Source of the DNA: Escherichia phage A221
Length of the DNA: 64,000 bases
Direction: 5' to 3' (one strand)
Sequence record: ON862890.1
The position numbers and the translations under genes were made by a program. Of the stretch, positions 46,915 to 56,041 are shown one piece after another. How positions within the stretch are numbered: the first letter of the stretch is position 1; each line of letters begins with the position of its first letter. Below the pieces are notes generated by a model. It had not been told where the DNA came from, did not search any database, and worked only from the letters and a program-made list of their open reading frames with translations.

Positions 46915-47253
46915 TCAGAGATAAGATTTACCGAGTTCGGTCAGGCGATAGAACGTCACCTCAGTGTTCGGCCAGTTCACGTAAGAACCGTCATGAACCA
47001 TTGAGCCAGCTGGTTCGATCAACCCCTTGGCGAGCAGGGAAGCCCCTGTGCGGGTGTCCCATGGGTCGCCTTTGACGGAGGTGAAACCACCAGCGTTCGG
47101 GCATACCTGGAACGTCCAGACGGTGTTGCCCTTGTCATTGGTCCAGGATTTGGGATGCAAGTACCATTGACCATAACGGTAATGACCTTTCTCAAAGTTC
47201 TCTATCCCGTAGAGAACCGAGAGTTGGTGTCCTGTGATGCGCGGCTTTTTCAT
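46915..47253 (-). CDS. hypothetical protein
   Basis: Internal ATG (MKKPRITGH) chosen; tool start 47304 upstream in-frame. Confidence 0.35.
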   Translation of the reverse strand: MKKPRITGHQLSVLYGIENFEKGHYRYGQWYLHPKSWTNDKGNTVWTFQVCPNAGGFTSVKGDPWDTRTGASLLAKGLIEPAGSMVHDGSYVNWPNTEVTFYRLTELGKSYL

Positions 47254-47567
47254 GACAATACTCCTTTCAGAGCCAAAACGGAAAGCACACCAATAATCAA
47301 CCATGTCGGGATAATCGGCTTGCAGTTCATGTGGGTTTCTCCACCTTCGATGTTCGGACTTCCTTGTATAAGAACGTGTTTACAGGAAGCTCTGAACGTC
47401 ATTACACAGCCCATCAACACAATCGGCCTGATATAATAACCCGTTTTAGTTTGCTTCACGATACATGGAGAGGAGAAGCGCAGATATGGATCCCCTTTCC
47501 GGTAGCCTGTGATTGTGACCTTCTGCACTTCAGAAGGCACTTTTTGGCCAGGAAAATAAATTTTCAT
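47250..47567 (-). CDS. hypothetical protein with C-terminal hydrophobic helix
   Basis: 105 aa; overlaps neighbours by 4 nt. Confidence 0.4.
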   Translation of the reverse strand: MKIYFPGQKVPSEVQKVTITGYRKGDPYLRFSSPCIVKQTKTGYYIRPIVLMGCVMTFRASCKHVLIQGSPNIEGGETHMNCKPIIPTWLIIGVLSVLALKGVLS

Positions 47568-48124
47568 ATTTCAATCCCCAGATTGGTGTATAACAACTCA
47601 GACAGGGTTACAGGGCGCTTGAATTGTTCCCAACTACAGTTCAGGTATTCACGTTCTTCACGCATTTCACTGTGAAGATGACCATGGATATTATACGCCC
47701 AGCGGTCTAATTGATAAGGAACGTGAGTGGTCAGCACACGACCAACCGGAGTATCACGCTCATACATCGCACCAAAGGAGCTAATCTATCCCTCTTGATA
47801 TAGCTTCATCAACATCTTGAAGCTGTCATGGTTGCCTTGCGCCACCCTGATGATAAAGTTCGGTCGCCAGTCATCGGGAACCGGGCGGCGCTTGAACTCA
47901 TCAATATTCCGCTTGGCACCCTCGCGCATCAGGCGAATGAACCCCTCAGCCCCGATGAAGCAGATGTCGCCTGCAAGTTCAAGGACGTCTCGTGACTTCA
48001 GCCCCTGAAAGATACTGTCGATAACTGCAGCATCATGCGCCTCTTGGGTATCGAACCCACGGGGCTTGAAGATCTTCTTGTGCCCAAGGTGGGTGTCTCC
48101 CAGATACTTCACAATTCCTGCCAT
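47564..48124 (-). CDS. calcineurin-like metallophosphoesterase interrupted by one in-frame TAG (47786-47788)
   Basis: Motifs GDTHLG, GDICFIG, GNHD upstream of TAG and HGHLH downstream, all in the same frame; RBS GAGGAG before ATG 48124. Confidence 0.55.
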
Positions 48125-48465
48125 TATGGTCTCCTCAACCATTCTAAAATCGGTACGTTCACAAACCCTTTATGCCAGCGATGTGGTTTATGGCCTCTGT
48201 TGTGTTCGAGCAAACACGTATCCGGTGGGACACTGAAGTGGATGCCTTCGATGTCGTAGTAATGCCCATCAATCAGAGTATACACATGACCTTCGGTCTG
48301 ACTGTAATGGATCTCTGCTTGAGGGTACACGTGCTTCAACAACAGAGCGACCTGGTAACACTTCCCGTTCTTCCCCACGTACTCGACATCCACCTGTTGT
48401 GGAAACACATCTTTGACAAAGTTTATCAATCTCGTGATGTCATTTACAACAACCGAACGTTTCAT
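48124..48465 (-). CDS. hypothetical protein
   Basis: ATG with RBS GGAGAGG; stop overlaps next start (TAATG). Confidence 0.4.
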   Translation of the reverse strand: MKRSVVVNDITRLINFVKDVFPQQVDVEYVGKNGKCYQVALLLKHVYPQAEIHYSQTEGHVYTLIDGHYYDIEGIHFSVPPDTCLLEHNRGHKPHRWHKGFVNVPILEWLRRP

Positions 48466-48529
48466 ATCGCCTCTCCCGAGGATTCGTTGGTGAACCAATG
48501 ATACTCTATACCGGATATAGAAAAGCCCC

Positions 48530-48832
48530 TCACGGGGCTTGATCGTCTTCATCAGGGAATATACGCCATCGACCTATTCCATACCACTCACCGATAGAGT
48601 TCCATGTCCTTTCCCCAGGCCAGCCGCCGACCGTGTAGTAATGCGCTACCAGCCGCCAGTAAGGAAGAGAGGCCATGTTCACGCCGCCGTCGGCCTTTAG
48701 GCAGGCCAAGTACCAATTCGTGAGACTGAACGCCTGAAATAACGGATGAAGGAACATGAAGTATAGGTAGCCCAATATGGCTGCGAACACCCCAGCTGTT
48801 ACGATCACACCGATGACAGTGAATACAATCAT
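48530..48832 (-). CDS. small membrane protein
   Basis: Two hydrophobic helices; 100 aa. Confidence 0.4.
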   Translation of the reverse strand: MIVFTVIGVIVTAGVFAAILGYLYFMFLHPLFQAFSLTNWYLACLKADGGVNMASLPYWRLVAHYYTVGGWPGERTWNSIGEWYGIGRWRIFPDEDDQAP

Positions 48833-49461
48833 CCCACAACCTCCAGCCCCATCAGATCTTCCATGGTCTTCTGAATACGCAGCCAGTCAAGCGCAGCGTC
48901 ATAACGAGGGTCGTGATAGATCATACCTTCCAGTTCCCATGCCTTGATGCCAGCGTAGCGATCCTGTTGACCAACACCCTTCAGCCAGCTCACGATGTCG
49001 AAGGTGTGGTGGTAATCCCAAGGCTCGTTGGAGTCCTGCTTACATGTCACCTCAATGATGTGCTGAGCCTTGCGCAGATCGAACAAGTTACGGTCACACC
49101 AGTCAACCGAGCGCGGGTCTACCCCAAGACGATGACAACCCTTGCGGATTTCATCGGCCAGCTGGAAGATAGAGATGTCCTGCTCAGTCGGGTACAGACT
49201 GACGGCGCGAGCCGCATCACACGGGTTACGTTTACCCGTCCCCAACCACCATTCTACCGTCCCCTGGTCCTTCACGCGACCGAGTTCGAGCTGCTCTTTG
49301 ACATTCAGCTTAATGAACGTCGTGCGCTCCTCAACCAGCTGCTGAAGAGTATAACGCTTGGTCAGGTCGGCGATGGTGTGTGCCCAAGACAGCATGACTG
49401 CATCATCCCAGCGCCCCAGGGTTTCGCTGTCGGCAACTGCAAGGAAATTAGACTTGTACAT
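48829..49461 (-). CDS. dexA: exonuclease A (DexA-like DEDD 3'-5' exonuclease)
   Basis: Exo I motif AVADSETLG; TVEWW and YHDPRYDAA match T4 DexA TIEWW and AHDSIHDCA. Confidence 0.75.
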   Translation of the reverse strand: MYKSNFLAVADSETLGRWDDAVMLSWAHTIADLTKRYTLQQLVEERTTFIKLNVKEQLELGRVKDQGTVEWWLGTGKRNPCDAARAVSLYPTEQDISIFQLADEIRKGCHRLGVDPRSVDWCDRNLFDLRKAQHIIEVTCKQDSNEPWDYHHTFDIVSWLKGVGQQDRYAGIKAWELEGMIYHDPRYDAALDWLRIQKTMEDLMGLEVVG

Positions 49462-50076
49462 TTACGCCTCCTCGTCGATGATTTCTTGCTCATCTTCGAC
49501 AATCATGATACCTTCTGTGTCCAGATGAGAAAGTTCCATCAGATCATCATCGAATCCGTCTCCTTCCCTGATATAGAAGACTGGGACGACACGACGGCGG
49601 GTCTCTTCATACACGCTTTCAGAGATTCGATTGATATGGCGCACTACACTGTAGAGGTTCAGGCCACCAATGCCACAGCCGATAGCAGGCAGGCCGACAT
49701 AGACAGTTTCGTCTTTAGTTGCTTCCACAATTTCATGCACCTGCTCAAACAGGGTCTGAACAGAACTGATGACTGACGGCATTCGAGCGTTCGGACCTGG
49801 ATAAAACTGAGTGTAGAGGTTCGCGCCCCAAACGCCCTTGCTGTGGTCAAATGCATAGGACATACCACCCAGGCGTTGCTCTGGACCACGAGGGTCGTTC
49901 GCATCGACTTCACGCAGGGCTGGGAAGTTGTTACCGATGTGCAGAGCAATGCCCGCGCCCATGGTAGACCAACAGTTGGCACCGTGGGCAAAGATGTCGA
50001 TCAGATTGAAGCTACAGGCGGCTTTCAGTAGATCGCCACCATTGATTACATATGTGGTCATGCGTACTGTCTCCAT
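49462..50076 (-). CDS. macro domain protein (ADP-ribose binding/processing)
   Basis: GGDLLKAACSFNLIDIFAHGANCWSTMGAGIA fits macro-domain G(D)...VNAAN...GGGV pattern; acidic C-terminal tail. Confidence 0.6.
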   Translation of the reverse strand: METVRMTTYVINGGDLLKAACSFNLIDIFAHGANCWSTMGAGIALHIGNNFPALREVDANDPRGPEQRLGGMSYAFDHSKGVWGANLYTQFYPGPNARMPSVISSVQTLFEQVHEIVEATKDETVYVGLPAIGCGIGGLNLYSVVRHINRISESVYEETRRRVVPVFYIREGDGFDDDLMELSHLDTEGIMIVEDEQEIIDEEA

Positions 50077-50300
50077 TCAATAATGCTGTTGTCAACACAT
50101 GACACCTGGATGATGCCTGTGTGGTGGTGATAATCAGTCATCTGCATGATAAAGTTGTTCCCATTGCGGATAATGGTGTTGACAACGATACCCTTGGCAG
50201 CAAGGCGTATTACAATGGCAGTGCAAAGGCGGTCCATGTAACCGGACACAGAACCTGGTTCGAAGCATCGCTCGAACAGATTTTCAAATTCTGGGCTCAT
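50058..50300 (-). CDS. hypothetical protein
   Basis: 80-aa ORF overlapping macro gene start. Confidence 0.35.
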   Translation of the reverse strand: MSPEFENLFERCFEPGSVSGYMDRLCTAIVIRLAAKGIVVNTIIRNGNNFIMQMTDYHHHTGIIQVSCVDNSIIEWRQYA

Positions 50301-50350
50301 TTGATGTTACCAAACAAGGGGTCGAGGCGGTAATAATACCGCCTTTTTCT

Positions 50351-50761
50351 TCAATAGAGGTCTTCGGAAAAGAGTTCGCGGAAAGGGGTTGTCTTCAGGC
50401 GCACCTGATTGATCTGTCCAGCTTCACGGGCTACGATGCATGCCTCTTCACGAGTGAGGAAGTTGCCCTGGTTGTCGATGAATCCCTGTTCGCGGGTATG
50501 GGTGGATTTAATGACGCCTGCCTCTTTCAGGATCTTGAGCTGACTGTTCATGAATTTGCTATGGTGACGGTCGGCAACGACGATTACATCACCATATTTG
50601 TTGGCGGCAGCGACCACACGGCGCTCCCAGGCACCTTCGGCAGGAAGTTCACGAGTGTACAATGGAATCATCGTATCACCGATGTCATCCCCCTTCACCT
50701 GTGAGAACAACTTGCCTTCAGTTCCCGTTGGGAGTTCACGAAAATATCCCAGTAATTTCAT
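50351..50761 (-). CDS. hypothetical protein
   Basis: 136 aa; no recognisable motif. Confidence 0.4.
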   Translation of the reverse strand: MKLLGYFRELPTGTEGKLFSQVKGDDIGDTMIPLYTRELPAEGAWERRVVAAANKYGDVIVVADRHHSKFMNSQLKILKEAGVIKSTHTREQGFIDNQGNFLTREEACIVAREAGQINQVRLKTTPFRELFSEDLY

Positions 50762-50764
50762 AAT

Positions 50765-51043
50765 CTATTCAATCCAAATTTCAGGTTCAGAGATGTCGGC
50801 CATATCCACTGTCTGGTTCTTCAGATCATGGAAACAGTCGCCGAGGAATTGTATTTTGCCGTCGGTCAGGAACAGATGGCAAAATAATGCTGGATCGGTT
50901 GCATTCACCAGCAGGCTCGGTGTGAACGTAGGCTCAATAACATTGTTGTTCCACATCCACATCGGACCTTGGGCTTCGCCCTTAATGCGATATAGATGAA
51001 GTATACCACACCCAGGACAATGAAAATACAAGGAATCATCCAT
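50765..51043 (-). CDS. small Cys/His-rich (zinc-binding-like) protein
   Basis: CPGCG ... CHLF ... DCFH pattern; 92 aa. Confidence 0.4.
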   Translation of the reverse strand: MDDSLYFHCPGCGILHLYRIKGEAQGPMWMWNNNVIEPTFTPSLLVNATDPALFCHLFLTDGKIQFLGDCFHDLKNQTVDMADISEPEIWIE

Positions 51044-51078
51044 AGGCAGAAGTTTAGGACTCAGAAGCTATGTTACGA

Positions 51079-51366
51079 TCAACCGTCTACAGTGGCTTCA
51101 GGAACGTAGGGGCGCAGTTCACCAACTAGTTTCGGAAAGAGTGCAATCCCGAACAGGTTGAAAGAACGCATGGTGCCGACCATTGCAACATCTTCCCCTT
51201 CCTCGATATCTTTCAGGGCGCACATTGGGTAATATTCATCGACCTCTGGGTCTTCCGTCTCACCATAGAGACCAAACGCTACCTCTTCTTTGATAAAGCG
51301 AGGAACCAGGAAATCAAATAGGAAAATGATGAATACCATAGGTGCTGCAGAACGGAGATAGAACAT
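51079..51366 (-). CDS. small membrane protein
   Basis: N-terminal hydrophobic helix; 95 aa. Confidence 0.4.
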   Translation of the reverse strand: MFYLRSAAPMVFIIFLFDFLVPRFIKEEVAFGLYGETEDPEVDEYYPMCALKDIEEGEDVAMVGTMRSFNLFGIALFPKLVGELRPYVPEATVDG

Positions 51367-51407
51367 AGCACAACCCTCCAGGTGAGGAGGGGCGAACCCC
51401 TCCGATG

Positions 51408-52739
51408 TTATAGGCCAAGAGCCTTTTCAAGGTCATCAAGGTCTTCAGTGTAAAGATCGATGTCCTCTTTCTTACTTAATTCCTTATATTGTGCTTCAAG
51501 GTTCTCAATCTGCTTGAGTAGGCACTCACGGGCGTCCAGAGTAATAGACGACAGAGGCATCTTGAACAACTCGTCAAGATCACCACCAAAGTCCGGGTAG
51601 TCCTGCATGAACAGAGACTTCAGCACGTCAATCTTTTGGCGGAGATCAACACGCGTCGCCCATTCAATGAACACCGCCCGGTCACCCAGCTTGCGGATCC
51701 TGTCTGCCATGTCCTTCAACAGATACTGGCGACGGTCTTCGTACCGTGACAGGCGATAATTGAAGAACGGCAGCAACATGTCCCGCCAACCAGAATAACG
51801 ATGAATAACACCGTCTTCATCCCACGCTGTCCAAACAGGCTTGGTGGCTGAATACAGCTTGAACATCTGCTCAACCTGCTCGTCACTCAGCTTAGAGAGT
51901 TCGCCGCGCTTAAACACAACCGTGATATCCCAGCCATCTTCGGTCGTGTCGTTGGCGTACTCGGTGAGGATACCTGCCTTGTACAGAGGCAGCAACACCT
52001 TGGTCTCATAGGTTTTGGCAAACCAGCCCACTGGGACTTCGGTGATATGCAGGGTCGTGGCATTGACCCGACGGAAGATACCACGACTGTATGCTCTTCC
52101 TTCCTCAGTATAGCCTGTCTCTCCTTTGAAGCCGTTCCAGTACGGTTTTAAGTCTTTCGGGTCTTCGCCACGGAGAAGCGCTCTCAGGGCACTGAGCACG
52201 GACTTAACGCAATGACACGGGGTGTCGGTGGAATATCCGGTGCCGATACCATTGATCCCATTCACCAGGAACATGGGTAGGATGGGCAGAAAGAACTTCG
52301 GCTCCAGCCTTTCTTCACCAAGGTAGTTGTATTCCAAGATACCCTCATCCTCCTTGCGGAAGATCTTACGGATAACGTCAGATACAGCGACGGATATGTA
52401 TCGGGCAGATGAAGCATCACGCCCCATGATAGAACCAAACTGGCCATCGCGGTCAAAGTACGGGATGTTGTTCGTGCCTGGGAACCCCTGAGCCATGTTC
52501 ACGATAGTGCCGCTCATGTTCTCACCACCAGACTTGTAGTTGGTCCGGGCGGCGGCGAACATACCAAGGCGGTCAACAATCTCCTCCTTGTTGTACTCAA
52601 GAGCAGCGAAAAGGATCTTGCGCTGGCTTGGCTTGAGGCTGTCAATCAGCTGAGGGATTTGACGGATGCTGTTGACCACAGAAAACTGTTTATGGTCAGT
52701 GTTGACAAAGTCCGTTACAGTAATGCTCTTAGCAACCAT
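51408..52739 (-). CDS. 52: DNA topoisomerase II medium subunit (gp52, GyrA-like)
   Basis: SLKPSQRKILFAA motif; ATG at 52739 with RBS GAGG gives 443 aa vs T4 gp52 442 aa. Confidence 0.85.
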   Translation of the reverse strand: MVAKSITVTDFVNTDHKQFSVVNSIRQIPQLIDSLKPSQRKILFAALEYNKEEIVDRLGMFAAARTNYKSGGENMSGTIVNMAQGFPGTNNIPYFDRDGQFGSIMGRDASSARYISVAVSDVIRKIFRKEDEGILEYNYLGEERLEPKFFLPILPMFLVNGINGIGTGYSTDTPCHCVKSVLSALRALLRGEDPKDLKPYWNGFKGETGYTEEGRAYSRGIFRRVNATTLHITEVPVGWFAKTYETKVLLPLYKAGILTEYANDTTEDGWDITVVFKRGELSKLSDEQVEQMFKLYSATKPVWTAWDEDGVIHRYSGWRDMLLPFFNYRLSRYEDRRQYLLKDMADRIRKLGDRAVFIEWATRVDLRQKIDVLKSLFMQDYPDFGGDLDELFKMPLSSITLDARECLLKQIENLEAQYKELSKKEDIDLYTEDLDDLEKALGL

Positions 52740-52740
52740 C

Positions 52741-54639
52741 TTATTCATCCTCAGTTTCAAATAGGCAAACATCGCTAAACCAGGTTTTGCGGTAATCGGC
52801 GGCCTCATCACCGAAGCCATTCTTCAGTGACTGTTGATAGCCATCGTCCAGCGTGACCGTCGTAGTATACGCATCCAGGTTGTTTAGAATACGTTTGAAG
52901 TCTTCAGTGCTGTTACCGCCAAGACCTTTCAGATATTTCTTCTTCGTGATCTTCTTGGCATCAGGTGTCTTCAGGAACTCCTCATACTCTGCGTTGTTCA
53001 TGAACTCATACATCACCTTACCACACCACACACGCATGTAAGGGGTGCGCAGGAGCTTCAGTCTGCCCTGACGGACGTACTCCGGCCAGTAGGTGCAATA
53101 CAGGGTGATCAACAACCCACGGATGTGGATGCCGTCATCGTCCGCATCGGTAGCCACAACAGTCTGTGGGTAACGGGTGATATCAAGGGGCTGGCCTGGC
53201 ACTGCGCCGCCATGGATCGTACACAGGTTCTTGAACTCTTCATTGTTCATCACCTTTGAGCGCGGGGCGTTCAGGCAGTTGATGAACTTACCACGAAGCG
53301 GGAACAACCCGATCTTCTTGGTGTCGCGGGCGTTCAGGATAGGATTGGAGGCACTATCACCCTCTGTCAGCAACAGGGAGCATCCGCTGCGGTCACCACG
53401 GGCGGTCGCCGGGTAATACTTCTCAATCTCACGATAATCCCGCTTGCTGATGTCCTTCTTGGCCTTTTCAAACTCAGCATCGTCCTGCTCATTGCGCAGG
53501 GAAGCCAGTTCTTTGCTCAGACCAGCCGTAACGAACTCAAGCGCCTTGCGGATCAGTTTATCACTGGGCTTGTACGACGTACCGAACTGGCTGACAGGAG
53601 TGGTCATGCGCTCCTTGGTCTGGCTGTCAAAGCGCGGGTTGTTGATGTCGGCGGCGATGAACAAGGACATGTGGTTCTTGATCATTGCTGGCTTCAGTTC
53701 GGTCTTGAACTTCTTCACCAGCTGGGGACGAATCGCTGCCACGATCTGGTCAGCAACATAATCAACGTGAGGACCACCGATGTGGGTGGCAATAGAGTTC
53801 ACGTATGATGCGTGCATGAACGTACCGGATGAAGGGGCTACAGCAACAGACCAATCCCCGGTTTCGTCAACAGCCGAACCAGCATGGAAGTAATCAACGA
53901 AGTGGCCAAAGCGGTCAATCCGGATTTGCTTCCCATTGAGAACAATCTTCAGGCGCGGGTTACACGCAGCCACTTCAAACGCGCGGCGATAGATCATCAG
54001 CAGGTTGTTCTGGTCAAGTCCTTTGACGCCCAGACGAGCATAGTCAGGGATCCAGGCGATGGATGTGCCGGGACTGTTCACGTTGCTGATGACTGGGTTA
54101 GATTTCTTGCTCATGTTGTCTTCAAACGTCTGAGTATAAGACTTCTTGCCGTCATTAGTCGTGACGCGGAACCATTTGGAGAACACGTTGACGAGGGACG
54201 CCCCTTCGCCATTCTGACCACCGGACTTCTGGTTGTTGTACTCTTCGTCTTCGTCGTTGAAGTTCGATCCCGCAAACAATTCTGAAAATAACATTTCTGG
54301 CAACCACATACCAGATTCATGCTTGACCACAGGGATACCCCCGTTGTCAGCAACGATGATTTGACCGTTCATCGGGGAAACTGTGACGGTGATTTCCGTC
54401 AGGGATTTACCCTCAGGGGTCTTGCTGTGGTCAACACAGTTGGTGATGATTTCATCAAACTGTTTGATAAGAGCGGGGTTATATTCAAAATTGTCTTTAA
54501 ACACAACTTTGTCTTTGCTGAGATCATATACCCAAGCCATCCCGACAGAAGAACGGATACTCCCTAGATGGCGCTCTGGGCGAAGGAGTATATGCTCGAT
54601 GTGTGAGAGCTTTTTGTATTTTCTGTTTACATCAACCAT
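52741..54639 (-). CDS. 39: DNA topoisomerase II large subunit (gp39 with gp60 portion fused; GyrB-like ATPase + TOPRIM)
   Basis: GHKL motif ITNCVDH, TOPRIM LLLTEGDSA; 632 aa single ORF; RBS GGAG. Confidence 0.85.
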   Translation of the reverse strand: MVDVNRKYKKLSHIEHILLRPERHLGSIRSSVGMAWVYDLSKDKVVFKDNFEYNPALIKQFDEIITNCVDHSKTPEGKSLTEITVTVSPMNGQIIVADNGGIPVVKHESGMWLPEMLFSELFAGSNFNDEDEEYNNQKSGGQNGEGASLVNVFSKWFRVTTNDGKKSYTQTFEDNMSKKSNPVISNVNSPGTSIAWIPDYARLGVKGLDQNNLLMIYRRAFEVAACNPRLKIVLNGKQIRIDRFGHFVDYFHAGSAVDETGDWSVAVAPSSGTFMHASYVNSIATHIGGPHVDYVADQIVAAIRPQLVKKFKTELKPAMIKNHMSLFIAADINNPRFDSQTKERMTTPVSQFGTSYKPSDKLIRKALEFVTAGLSKELASLRNEQDDAEFEKAKKDISKRDYREIEKYYPATARGDRSGCSLLLTEGDSASNPILNARDTKKIGLFPLRGKFINCLNAPRSKVMNNEEFKNLCTIHGGAVPGQPLDITRYPQTVVATDADDDGIHIRGLLITLYCTYWPEYVRQGRLKLLRTPYMRVWCGKVMYEFMNNAEYEEFLKTPDAKKITKKKYLKGLGGNSTEDFKRILNNLDAYTTTVTLDDGYQQSLKNGFGDEAADYRKTWFSDVCLFETEDE

Positions 54640-55463
54640 TATTATCTCCGTAAAATTTCAACCAGGCGGGATCTTCTTTTGGTATCCAACCTTTCTGAAA
54701 TTTAGATATACAAGTTTGAGCTGTGGCCTTAGAACAAACAGAGCTTAACCCGGTTTCTTTCAACATTAAACAATAACGGTTCTTCACTTTGTCTTCACCG
54801 TTACTATACCACCATTCAAAGAATTCACCAGCCAAGAGCCATTGTCGGGATTTACCCGTCTTTACGACAGTCGGGTGTTCCCCAAGGTTGTATGTTATTC
54901 ATGGGATTGTTCTGGCGCCACATAGCAGAATACCTCTCCCTTTCTTCTGGTCGCCTCATCCGTTCGGTGACTGATTTGGTAAGATTGGCTTTGTGTGCTT
55001 CGGAGTGTGGTATCCCTTTCCTGGATTTTGACAACCTGCGCCTTGATTCGTCATTCCAAGTGTAACCTCTCAAGCTATCCGCACGTTTCTTCTGTACTTC
55101 TGGGTTCAATGAGTTTTTCTTGGATTGCTTACGACAACGTTCCTTTTGTTCATCAGATGACATCACTTCTTTCATTCTGGTGGAATTATTTCTCCTCAAT
55201 TCCCCAAACTCTTTGTTGTTCCTAGACATGTTGTTCATCCCAGTCCATGCCTTCCTGATACCGGGGTTGAGTGGTTTTGTTCTCCAAAGTAGGTGATGTA
55301 CGACATAATGTTCTTCTGGTGTCAACCATACAAGATTAGAGAAGTGGTTAGTGCCACCCAAGCACACAGGGATTATATGGTGGCGTTCTTGATAAACGCC
55401 ATCCATTTTACCTCTCTGTATTGCTCTCTGTATGAGAGCGTCTAAGATGATTTCGTATTTCAT
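54632..55463 (-). pseudogene. HNH homing endonuclease disrupted by frameshift near 54850-54857
   Basis: N-terminal ORF has HNH motif HHIIPVCLGGTNHFSNLVWLTPEEH; C-terminal ORF in +1 frame is homologous to C-terminus of intact paralog 38500-39195; total length not a multiple of 3. Confidence 0.6.
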
Positions 55464-56041
55464 AAGCCAAATTTGCTACGCCACTTTTCAACCTTGTGTT
55501 CAATAGCGTGCTCCACTTTAATGCGAGTGGCCATCAAAGAGGATCCACGGATCGCCCCTTCCCCACACCCCATGCGCGCAACATGCTTGATTAGGTCATT
55601 GACAAGATGATCCAATCTGTCTTGACTGCGATAAGGCTGGTTGCACAATCGGATAATCCGGCCATGATAATGATGAATAAGATTCAGATGCTTTTGAGGA
55701 TCACGATCAATCAGACGGAACCAGTCTTCTTCCAACAGATTAGAAGAAATATCGTTCACTGTCGCCATGTGGTTGATGACAGAGTCGATCATTTCGGCCT
55801 TGTTCAGAGAGCCGCGCATTTGGACGTCGTCATAATCCATGACGTACAGAAGGTCAATAGCAGAGATAATGACATCAGCAACTTCGCCATTCAACGGCTC
55901 GGAAGATACTATGCCATGAAACACATCAGACAGTTCACAGATCTCTTCACCTAGTTTGTTCAGAACAAACACAGGCGAACGGTCTGGGGTATGAGCAGTG
56001 CAGTCATAAGAAGCGTCGACGATAGTGTGTAGAAATTTCAT
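55460..56041 (-). CDS. hypothetical protein, possible MazG-like nucleotide pyrophosphohydrolase
   Basis: LGEEICELSDV ... GEVADVIISAIDLL resembles MazG EExxE/ExxD helices; weak. Confidence 0.35.
   Translation of the reverse strand: MKFLHTIVDASYDCTAHTPDRSPVFVLNKLGEEICELSDVFHGIVSSEPLNGEVADVIISAIDLLYVMDYDDVQMRGSLNKAEMIDSVINHMATVNDISSNLLEEDWFRLIDRDPQKHLNLIHHYHGRIIRLCNQPYRSQDRLDHLVNDLIKHVARMGCGEGAIRGSSLMATRIKVEHAIEHKVEKWRSKFGL

Noticed and set aside
47786-48142. Mre11/SbcD-like gp47 nuclease partner of the gp46 fragment
   Set aside because: Combined length (about 190 aa) is far shorter than gp47 (339 aa) and the gene is not adjacent to the gp46-like fragment; called a generic small metallophosphoesterase instead
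48913-49776. 287-aa ORF on plus strand
   Set aside because: Antisense to the dexA-like and macro-domain genes, which have motif support; no start context
50321-50350. Plus-strand terminator hairpin GGCGGTA-ATAA-TACCGCC followed by TTTTTC
   Set aside because: Orientation is opposite to all surrounding minus-strand genes; kept only as a possible bidirectional or fortuitous structure
52741-54639. Split gp39/gp60 with translational bypass as in T4
   Set aside because: A single uninterrupted 632-aa ORF contains both ATPase and TOPRIM regions, so no bypass element is present
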